In this document: one piece after another, positions 1 through 6,654 of the stretch
How the letters are laid out: each line of letters begins with the position of its first letter
Position numbering within the stretch: position 1 is the stretch's first letter
Origin: Pseudomonas phage vB_Pae_SG_WM_Sew_P27
Strand: one strand, 5' to 3'
DNA: 49,812 nucleotides
Sequence record: PP740689.1
Notes under the pieces: generated by a model
Told to the model about the DNA's origin: nothing
Database searches by the model: none
What the model saw: only the letters and a program-made list of their open reading frames with translations
Program-made: the position numbers and the translations under genes

Positions 1-142
1 CTCGGCAGCGTCGAACACCGGCGACTACTCGGCAGCGTCGAACACCGGCGACTACTCGGCAGCGTCGAACACCGGCGACTACTCGGCAGCGTCGAACACC
101 GGCTACCGCTCGGCAGCGTCGAACACCGGCTACCGCTCGGCA
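1..142 (+). repeat. 27-bp in-frame tandem repeat array (coding nonapeptide units SAASNTG-x-x), continuation of the array at the window end
   Basis: Direct reading shows ctcggcagcgtcgaacaccggc(gactac|taccgc) units every 27 nt. The first 22 nt of the window are identical to the last 22 nt. Confidence 0.9.
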
Positions 143-355
143 GCCGAGGTCAGCGGCAAGGAGTCCGTCGCCGCATCCCTGGGCACCGAAGGCCGCGCTC
201 GCGCATCTGCTGGTAGCGCCATCGTCCTATGTCATCGTGACGACGAGGGACGCCTCATCCATATCCGCGCCAGCAAGGTCGGGGAGAACGGCGTAGAGCC
301 GGACACCTGGTACCAGTTGAATGCCGAGGGCGAGTTCGTCGAATTCGACGAGTGA
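2..355 (+). CDS. nonapeptide-repeat phage protein, C-terminal part (5' end lies beyond window start; same frame and repeat as ORF 48985..49812)
   Basis: Open frame from base 2 through TGA at 353-355 gives repeats SAASNTGDY/SAASNTGYR followed by a unique ~70-aa tail (...CHRDDEGRLIHIRASKVGENGVEPDTWYQLNAEGEFVEFDE). It lacks a stop so is absent from the ORF track. Confidence 0.7.
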   Translation, partial: SAASNTGDYSAASNTGDYSAASNTGDYSAASNTGYRSAASNTGYRSAAEVSGKESVAASLGTEGRARASAGSAIVLCHRDDEGRLIHIRASKVGENGVEPDTWYQLNAEGEFVEFDE

Positions 356-466
356 GCTGCCATCGAACAGCGAACGAGTCTAGGGGCTAGCGCAGCCAGA
401 CCTGACGCATCCGGGGAAGCGCCCGGCGTTCGCTCCATTTGCCCTGATACGGCAAGAGAGGAATCC

Positions 467-529
467 ATGCCAGACCTTGGCGAGTTCGCAGCGCTGTTCG
501 TTGTTCTGTTTCTGACTATGTATTGGTGA
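467..529 (+). CDS. 20-aa hydrophobic micro-ORF (MPDLGEFAALFVVLFLTMYW), speculative
   Basis: ATG preceded by GAGAGGAA RBS and placed just upstream of the next gene. Too short to judge. Confidence 0.2.
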   Translation: MPDLGEFAALFVVLFLTMYW

Positions 530-537
530 GGTGAGAG

Positions 538-975
538 ATGAGTGAGTGGATCAAGTGTAGTGATCATCTACCAAACGTTGGCGACAAATGCCTGATCATG
601 ATCCCGGTATGTGGGCGATATGAAATAGAAGGAGCAACTTACGAGGGAGAAGGCGAATGGTTAGGCGCATGGTGCCAACGTAAAGGCGAAAGCCAATGTT
701 ACAAGGTCAAATACTGGATGCCTAGTCCAGAGCTTCCGCTGGAGAACAGCGTAAATATCGACTGGAAGAGCGCCCCGGAATGGGCATCGCATGCGCTGAC
801 TACTGGCCCGCTTTGGGATGGAATCGCCGATATGAACGGTAAGATCGATTTCGGGCAAGAAGGTTCGGACGGCAACCTCTACGACGGCCCCGACGAAGAA
901 GCTTCCTGTGCATTTGTTATTGGAAATGATGCTTGGGTTGTTGTTTCAGTTCGACCAGTCAAACCAACCGCCTAA
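538..975 (+). CDS. phage protein with DUF551-like N-terminus (MSEWIKCSDHLP...)
   Basis: ORF track with RBS GGTGAGGTGAGAG upstream. N-terminal MSEWI..D.LP motif is typical of DUF551 phage proteins. The C-terminal half carries an IDWKSAPEWASH motif shared with ORF 2597..3127. Confidence 0.55.
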   Translation: MSEWIKCSDHLPNVGDKCLIMIPVCGRYEIEGATYEGEGEWLGAWCQRKGESQCYKVKYWMPSPELPLENSVNIDWKSAPEWASHALTTGPLWDGIADMNGKIDFGQEGSDGNLYDGPDEEASCAFVIGNDAWVVVSVRPVKPTA

Positions 976-1009
976 CCGCGCCCTGGCGCATACACACTGG
1001 AGGCGAGAT

Positions 1010-1387
1010 ATGTATAAGCACGCTTCGATTTCTGATCTTCTCGGAAAGACCATCAAGCAGATCACCGGGTTGGAAGCTGGCAGCGATTCTGTCGATTTCG
1101 AATGTGAAGACGGCTCTCTGTTTCGGATGTATCACCAGCAGGACTGCTGTGAGAGCGTTTCGATTAACGATATCGAGGGCGACACAAGCGACCTTGTTGG
1201 CCAGCCGTTGGTGGTTGCCGAGGACGTCAGTAGCGAAGACTTCCCGGCGCCGCCTGGGTATTACGTAGAAAGCTACACATGGACCTTCTACCGACTGGCC
1301 ACAGCCAAAGGCTTCGTCGTAATCCGCTGGCTTGGCGAGTCGAACGGCTACTACTCCGAATCGGTCGATTTCAGCCGCATCAACTGA
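1010..1387 (+). CDS. hypothetical phage protein
   Basis: In-frame ATG at 1010 with GGAGG RBS at 1000-1004 inside track ORF 908..1387. Acidic protein with a QDCCE motif. Confidence 0.5.
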   Translation: MYKHASISDLLGKTIKQITGLEAGSDSVDFECEDGSLFRMYHQQDCCESVSINDIEGDTSDLVGQPLVVAEDVSSEDFPAPPGYYVESYTWTFYRLATAKGFVVIRWLGESNGYYSESVDFSRIN

Positions 1388-1701
1388 CTTCCCCGGCAAG
1401 GACGCCACCCTTTAATGGGGATGACTCTAGTGCGCACCGGGGCGCGTTCGCGTAAGCCTGGAGACTAGAGCCATCCCCACCCTACCAATGAGAGTGATCT
1501 GCGCTGCTGTAGCGCATCTGTGAATCCGTAAACGGCCCGGCGGGGCGTGAAGGATTGCGTAGGCACGAACGAGGCATAAGCGGTGTGCACGCCGCTGACG
1601 TAGTAGTAGTGCTGATGCTTAGCGCACCACCCGTGGAGGGTGGAGGTAGCTCAAGTAGAGCCGGCAGCGCAGATCACCCTCTATCCCCATACCCCTCATT
1701 A

Positions 1702-1726
1702 GCCCGGCAAGTCCGGGCATTTTTTC
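1702..1726 (+). terminator. rho-independent terminator (GCCCGG-caagt-CCGGGC + ATTTTTTC)
   Basis: Perfect 6-bp GC stem followed by a T-run, read directly from the sequence. It sits inside the 400-nt non-coding gap 1388..1785. Confidence 0.6.
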
Positions 1727-1785
1727 GCCTGTATGACGACAGCGATTCGGAACGCTGCCGCATGCACGCGAACGCGAGGTGAGAC

Positions 1786-2226
1786 ATGAAAGAACTCGGA
1801 TATGAGGAAGGCGCCACCTGCAACCGAGACGGCTGCGAAGGCGTGATCGAATTGGAAAAGGTTGAGAATTGCAGTTGTCATATCAGTCCGCCGTGTGCGG
1901 CTCACACGAGCGCTGACATGTGTTGTCCAGATTGTGGTTGGCGCGCAGCGGACGATCCGCTCTGCGTACGCGAGATTCACACGATTACCCTCGATGTAGG
2001 TGGGTATGGGGCATTCATGGAAAGCAAGCCTCGCGTGCTTGACCCAACAAAAATCGACTGGACATGGGAGCCGCACACAGGCGCATCAATGATCAAGAAG
2101 GGAGTTTTCCCCATCGGCACTTCGCGCGCCGAGGTTGAAAAAGCCGTGATCGGGACGTTTGGCGGCCGCTTCGAGTACTTCAACGAAGAGAAAGGCCAGT
2201 TCAAGTACATCGCCTACACCGACTGA
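1786..2226 (+). CDS. Cys-rich hypothetical phage protein
   Basis: ORF track with RBS GAGGTGAGAC upstream. N-terminal C-x4-C...C-x-C...CC-x2-C cluster suggests metal binding. Confidence 0.55.
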   Translation: MKELGYEEGATCNRDGCEGVIELEKVENCSCHISPPCAAHTSADMCCPDCGWRAADDPLCVREIHTITLDVGGYGAFMESKPRVLDPTKIDWTWEPHTGASMIKKGVFPIGTSRAEVEKAVIGTFGGRFEYFNEEKGQFKYIAYTD

Positions 2227-2234
2227 GGTGAGAA

Positions 2235-2600
2235 ATGAACACTGCATTGAAATACGCCCAGGAGCGCTGGGACAACGCGCTGCCGCCAGACGATGACGGC
2301 GACCGCGAGTACGTAACCGCGCAGGTAGGGAAGCTCCTGAACTGCGAGGACGGTGATTGCGTGCCGTTCCATGATCGGAAAGAAAGGCCCTTTATCGGCC
2401 CTGAGTTTACGGTCTACGGATTCGCCGGATTCGTGCTTGAGTGGCTTGCCGAGGTCGACAGCAAAGAGTGCCCGATGACTCAGCTACTGCTTGCAGTGCG
2501 CCGAGGCGACCTGGAACTGGCACAACGCATCTGGTTCCGCGCATTCGAAGCAACGCTGATCGAGAACGCTGAACGACTGGTTAGGGAGAGACGAGTATGA
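2235..2600 (+). CDS. hypothetical phage protein
   Basis: ORF track with RBS GAGGTGAGAA. Stop overlaps the next start (ATGA). Confidence 0.55.
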   Translation: MNTALKYAQERWDNALPPDDDGDREYVTAQVGKLLNCEDGDCVPFHDRKERPFIGPEFTVYGFAGFVLEWLAEVDSKECPMTQLLLAVRRGDLELAQRIWFRAFEATLIENAERLVRERRV

Positions 2601-3127
2601 GCATTGACTGGAACAAGGCACCAGAGGGTGCGACGCACTACAACCAAAAACTCGCCTACCCGTGGCTGAAGGATGGCGAGATACCGATGTACTTCTGCCC
2701 TCCCTTTTGGATGAGGTATTGCAACCCAGAAGAAGGCAAGTCCCTCATTGAAGATTCCGTTCCGCGGCTTGTGCCTACCTCATGGGACGGCCAAGGCTTT
2801 CCTCCGATTGGCATTGAGGCCGAGGCCATCTGGGACGGCGCCGATATTGCGTACTTTCGAGCCAAGATACTCGCTCACGACGAGGGCCGTGTCGTATTCC
2901 GTTGGTGCGAAGGCAAAAGAAAGGGGCAGTACGGGTCATATGCCGTTTTGAAATTCGGATCTCTTCCTGCTTTCCGCCCGCTCCGAACCCCTGAGCAGAT
3001 CGCCGCCGAGGAGCGGGAGAAGGCAGTCGGTGATATGGCTATGTCAATTCAAGGAGTTCCATATCAGTACCCTACGCTTTACGCGCTATTTGACGCCGGC
3101 TACCGCCGCCAGGAGGAAGGGAAATGA
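2597..3127 (+). CDS. hypothetical phage protein (IDWNKAPEGATHY motif)
   Basis: ORF track. Translationally coupled to its neighbours. Shares an N-terminal motif with the C-terminal half of 538..975. Confidence 0.55.
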   Translation: MSIDWNKAPEGATHYNQKLAYPWLKDGEIPMYFCPPFWMRYCNPEEGKSLIEDSVPRLVPTSWDGQGFPPIGIEAEAIWDGADIAYFRAKILAHDEGRVVFRWCEGKRKGQYGSYAVLKFGSLPAFRPLRTPEQIAAEEREKAVGDMAMSIQGVPYQYPTLYALFDAGYRRQEEGK

Positions 3128-3513
3128 CAACCCCTATCGTGCAATCGATCAGTGATGAGCAATTGGCGGAGTTGGAAGAGTACTGCCACAAGAGGGCATT
3201 CGTCTGTTGTGGCAATTTCAAATCCGGGGCCGAATACATGAGCGCGCGCGAGGAAGTCTGCTGTAACGAGCCAGTGTTGACGGATGTAAATATCAACACT
3301 CCAGCAGAGGAGATACTTGGCCTGATCGCTCGCCTGCGCGCTGCTGAGGCTGATGCTAAGCGCTATCGGTGGTTGCGGGACAAGTCGGCGGACGCAGACG
3401 GGGTCTATCCGATGGTGTCGCTTACCGATGACTGTGGCGATCAGGTGTCTAACTGGCTTTTCGGGAAGGCCGTAGACAAAGCTGTTGATGAAGCAATGGA
3501 GAGCACGCCATGA
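3124..3513 (+). CDS. hypothetical phage protein
   Basis: ORF track. ATGA overlap with the upstream gene. Confidence 0.5.
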   Translation: MTTPIVQSISDEQLAELEEYCHKRAFVCCGNFKSGAEYMSAREEVCCNEPVLTDVNINTPAEEILGLIARLRAAEADAKRYRWLRDKSADADGVYPMVSLTDDCGDQVSNWLFGKAVDKAVDEAMESTP

Positions 3514-3623
3514 CCATCACCATAGACCTGAAAGAGGCCGCCCAAGTCCTGATCTTCGGCGGCTTTTTTGTGGGCAGCGTGTTCATGTTCGCCGTGGCGT
3601 TTGTTGAGGTGGCAGGGCTATGA
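3510..3623 (+). CDS. 37-aa hydrophobic peptide (MTITIDLKEAAQVLIFGGFFVGSVFMFAVAFVEVAGL)
   Basis: ATGA-coupled to the upstream stop. One predicted TM helix. Below the ORF-track length cutoff. Confidence 0.3.
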   Translation: MTITIDLKEAAQVLIFGGFFVGSVFMFAVAFVEVAGL

Positions 3624-3748
3624 ACACCAGACGCACAGCAATCTGGCTAGGCAGCCTCTTCGGCGGCCTGCTGTACCTGTTCATTCTCGCAGCCGGCCCG
3701 ATCTGGGGCGGGATCATCACCGCAGAATCTACGGCCACTGGCCAATAA
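3620..3748 (+). CDS. 42-aa hydrophobic peptide (MNTRRTAIWLGSLFGGLLYLFILAAGPIWGGIITAESTATGQ)
   Basis: ATGA-coupled to the previous micro-ORF. One TM helix. Ends TAA 3746-3748. Confidence 0.3.
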   Translation: MNTRRTAIWLGSLFGGLLYLFILAAGPIWGGIITAESTATGQ

Positions 3749-3805
3749 CCCCTCCCTTCACTGGCTGCGCATGCGCGGCCTAATCCTGATACCGAGGTAC
3801 GACCG

Positions 3806-4537
3806 ATGAGCAACGAAGTTGCACAGCGGCAGGAAAGTGCTGCCGTAATCCAAGCAAGCGAAGCAACGACAGTGCTTCAAGTGATTCAGAAGGCTGCATC
3901 CGATCCATCGTGCGATATCGAGAAGCTCGAGCGCTTGATGGCCATGCATGAGCGCATGCAGTCAAAGCAGGCGGAACAGCAGTACGCCGCAGCCATGGCA
4001 GCCATGCAACAGGAACTCCCTGCCATCGGAGAACGCGGGAACGCAGCGGGGCGATACACATACGCCCTGTGGGAAGACATCAACGAGAAGCTCAAACCGA
4101 TCCTGGCGAAGCATGGCTTCTCCATCAGCTTCCGCATGCCGCGCTGCGAGAAAGGCATCGAGGTTGAGGGTGTACTGACGCACCGCGCAGGGCACAGCGA
4201 GCGCACGACCATCGTGCTGCCGGCAGACACCAGCGGCAACAAGAACGCCGTCCAGGCAGTCGCCAGTTCCGTCAGCTATGGCAAGCGCTACACAGCGGGC
4301 GCCCTGCTGAACTTCACGACCCACGGCGAAGACGACGATGCGTTCACCACAGCGGCACCAGTTGTTATCACTGAAGCGCAGGCCAAGCAGTTGAAGTCGC
4401 TGCTCGATAAGTGCAGCGATAAGGCGCAGGCAGCTTTCTCTTCAATTCACGGAACGCCAGAGCAGGTAACCAAGGATGACTTTGACCGCGTTCTGGCCAT
4501 GCTTAAGAAGTCCGCAGACCAGAATCAAGCGGGGTGA
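3806..4537 (+). CDS. erf: ERF-family single-strand annealing protein
   Basis: Segment ...SSVSYGKRYTAGALLNFTTHGEDDDA matches the conserved S-Y-x-[KR]-KY...L......D core of P22 Erf-like recombinases. RBS GAGGTACGACCG upstream. Followed by an exonuclease and SSB. Confidence 0.7.
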   Translation: MSNEVAQRQESAAVIQASEATTVLQVIQKAASDPSCDIEKLERLMAMHERMQSKQAEQQYAAAMAAMQQELPAIGERGNAAGRYTYALWEDINEKLKPILAKHGFSISFRMPRCEKGIEVEGVLTHRAGHSERTTIVLPADTSGNKNAVQAVASSVSYGKRYTAGALLNFTTHGEDDDAFTTAAPVVITEAQAKQLKSLLDKCSDKAQAAFSSIHGTPEQVTKDDFDRVLAMLKKSADQNQAG

Positions 4538-4540
4538 ACC

Positions 4541-5161
4541 ATGCAAGTCATCCGAGAGATTGAGCAGGGATCAGAGGCGTGGCTACGTCTGCGCCTGGGC
4601 ATCGTGACCTGTTCAGAAGTGGACTTGCTGATGGTCAAAGGCAAGGGCGAAGCAGGATTCGGAGTCGGAGCGTTCACCTATATGGATCGCTTGATCGGAG
4701 AGCGAATCACCGGGGCTGAAGCCGAGCCATGGCGTGGTAACGGTAGCAGCGCCAGGGGGCACAAGCTTGAGCCGGTTGTGCGCGACCTGTACTGCCTGCG
4801 CACAGATACCGAGCCAGATCAGATCCAGCAGGCCGGGATCATTCTGAACCACGGGATCGGCTATTCGCCGGATGGACTGGTCGGCGACAACGGCCTGATC
4901 GAGGTGAAGACCAAAGTCCCCGAGAAGTTGGTCAGCGTCATTCTCGATGACAAGGTGCCAGCCGAGCACGCTGCGCAGTGCATGGGCGGCCTGTGGGTTA
5001 GCGAACGTGAATGGATCGATTTCCTCGGCTACTGGCCTGGCATGCCTCTCTGTCTGGTGCGCGCTTACAGGGATGAAGATTACATCCGCAAGCTCGCGGA
5101 TCGCGTTAAGACCTTTTACGAAATCATGGAGGCCCGCATGGAGCGGGTATTAGCAGCATGA
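4541..5161 (+). CDS. YqaJ-like (lambda-exonuclease fold) recombination exonuclease
   Basis: N-terminal EQGSEAWLRLRLGIVTCSEV, then GHKLEP and a GLIEVKTK catalytic-lysine motif typical of YqaJ viral recombinases. Sits between erf and ssb. Confidence 0.8.
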   Translation: MQVIREIEQGSEAWLRLRLGIVTCSEVDLLMVKGKGEAGFGVGAFTYMDRLIGERITGAEAEPWRGNGSSARGHKLEPVVRDLYCLRTDTEPDQIQQAGIILNHGIGYSPDGLVGDNGLIEVKTKVPEKLVSVILDDKVPAEHAAQCMGGLWVSEREWIDFLGYWPGMPLCLVRAYRDEDYIRKLADRVKTFYEIMEARMERVLAA

Positions 5162-5604
5162 GCAATCTGAACCGCTGGGAAGGCATTGGTCGACTAGGCC
5201 AAGACATTGAACTGCGCTACCTGCCGAACGGCGATGCCGTTGCCAGTCTTAGCATCGCCGTGGATGAAAGCTACAAGGACAAGCAGTCCGGCCAGAAGGT
5301 CGAGCGTACCGAGTGGGTGCGCTGCGTAGCCTTCCGCCAGACGGCCGAGTTCCTGGCCAAATGGCTCCAAAAGGGTGGCCGCCTCTACGCTGTCGGCAAG
5401 CTCAAGACTCGCGAGTATGAGAAGGACGGTAGCAAGCGCTACGTGACGGAGATTCACCTAGCACAGGGAACGGAGATTATCGACTGGCCGGCTAAGGTTG
5501 CCGAACCACGTCCACAAACTCAGCAACAGCAGTCGCGTCCGTCTCAGCAGGCACAACAGCCGGCGCCGGACTACGACAGCTTCGACGACGATATCCCATT
5601 CTAA
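5158..5604 (+). CDS. ssb: single-stranded DNA-binding protein
   Basis: OB-fold sequence MSNLNRWEGIGRLGQDIELRY... with a Q/P-rich linker and the acidic C-terminal tail DDDIPF. Confidence 0.9.
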   Translation: MSNLNRWEGIGRLGQDIELRYLPNGDAVASLSIAVDESYKDKQSGQKVERTEWVRCVAFRQTAEFLAKWLQKGGRLYAVGKLKTREYEKDGSKRYVTEIHLAQGTEIIDWPAKVAEPRPQTQQQQSRPSQQAQQPAPDYDSFDDDIPF

Positions 5605-5627
5605 ATCAACAAGTTACGCGCAATTAA

Positions 5628-5653
5628 AGGCCCTCAATAGGGCCTTTTATTTT
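5628..5653 (+). terminator. rho-independent terminator after ssb (AGGCCCT-caat-AGGGCCT + TTTTATTTT)
   Basis: 7-bp perfect stem plus a T-run, read directly. Confidence 0.7.
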
Positions 5654-5667
5654 GCCCGGAGAAAGCC

Positions 5668-6258
5668 ATGGAAACCGACATTCCAGAGATTCTAAGCGAC
5701 CTGAGAATCGGCGCTGATGCGTGGTGCGGCGTGCAAGAGCCGGTTGCCCATGCGCTGACTCACGATGACATTCAAGACGCCGTTGCTGAGTACCTGGCAG
5801 CGGGAGGGGTCATCACGAATATCCCTGCGGGCGTCTCTTCAAATCAGCCGGTCACGTTCAATAGCCGCATTACCGGAGCATCTACCGGAATGGAGCGAGA
5901 GCAGCAGAAGCGTGTTCAGGCCAAGCGCACGGCAAAGGACATCGAATACTGCCAGATGCTCGAAGACTTAGTGATCCTCGATTGCGGTCGATGGGAGATC
6001 GGCCCTGCCATGGGGATAAGCGATCACACCGTGCAGCGCCTGCTTCGCACTTATTTCTCCACCCGCGCCGAGTTCGACAAGTGGAGGGCATCCGGACATG
6101 GGAAATCGACGCTCATAAACGGCGAGAAACCATGCTCGAAGTGCAAGACGCTCAAACCTCTATCTGAGTACTACTCCAACCCGAGCAAGAAGGACGGCCA
6201 TTGCAGCGAATGTAAGGCCTGTGAAAACGCGCGGAGGCGAGCAGCAAATGCAAAGTAA
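5668..6258 (+). CDS. hypothetical protein with C-terminal Cys4 zinc ribbon (CSKC...CSECKAC)
   Basis: ORF track with RBS GGAGAAAGCC upstream. C-terminal KPLSEYY...GHCSECKAC motif. Confidence 0.5.
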   Translation: METDIPEILSDLRIGADAWCGVQEPVAHALTHDDIQDAVAEYLAAGGVITNIPAGVSSNQPVTFNSRITGASTGMEREQQKRVQAKRTAKDIEYCQMLEDLVILDCGRWEIGPAMGISDHTVQRLLRTYFSTRAEFDKWRASGHGKSTLINGEKPCSKCKTLKPLSEYYSNPSKKDGHCSECKACENARRRAANAK

Positions 6259-6433
6259 GCGGCTTGAGTTCCCCGAATCGACAGACGAATACCGCGAAGG
6301 CATCGAAGCACGCGACCGCGGCGAACGTCTCCAAGCCTGCCCCTACGGACTGCACATGCTCTATGAGCGTTCGTTATGGCTCGCAGGACATCACGACAGA
6401 GACATCGGCATAGCCCCGAGGGTAGCAGCATGA
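6248..6433 (+). CDS. Rmf/CrpP-like small protein
   Basis: Internal ATG with GAGG RBS. EARDRGERLQACPYGLHMLYERSLWLAGHHD parallels the ribosome-modulation-factor motif (RGYQAG...CPY...RSQWLGGW). Confidence 0.5.
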   Translation: MQSKRLEFPESTDEYREGIEARDRGERLQACPYGLHMLYERSLWLAGHHDRDIGIAPRVAA

Positions 6434-6654
6434 GCCTGCACGAACACGGCTGTTTCACCGACAGCTACCAAGTCCGACATATCAACGCGCAGTGCGTCGT
6501 CGGAAAGGTCTTCCGGCACAAGCCAACTAATCGCAGATACATCGCAGTGCTCGAAGCCGGCGGATCCGTTGAGCTTCAAGAGGCTAGCGGGCACAGCACG
6601 TACACATCAATCGAAGCGCTCGGCAATGCCGAGGTGTGGGAGAGCTTGAAATGA
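6430..6654 (+). CDS. hypothetical protein
   Basis: ATGA-coupled internal start of track ORF 6376..6654. Confidence 0.4.
   Translation: MSLHEHGCFTDSYQVRHINAQCVVGKVFRHKPTNRRYIAVLEAGGSVELQEASGHSTYTSIEALGNAEVWESLK

Noticed and set aside
1-142. 27-bp repeat arrays at both window ends as a CRISPR array
   Set aside because: The units are contiguous with no spacers, in frame and coding, and continuous with unique protein domains on both sides.
1555-1782. 75-aa ORF in the 1388-1785 gap
   Set aside because: It runs straight through an intrinsic terminator hairpin, has no RBS and a low-complexity product.
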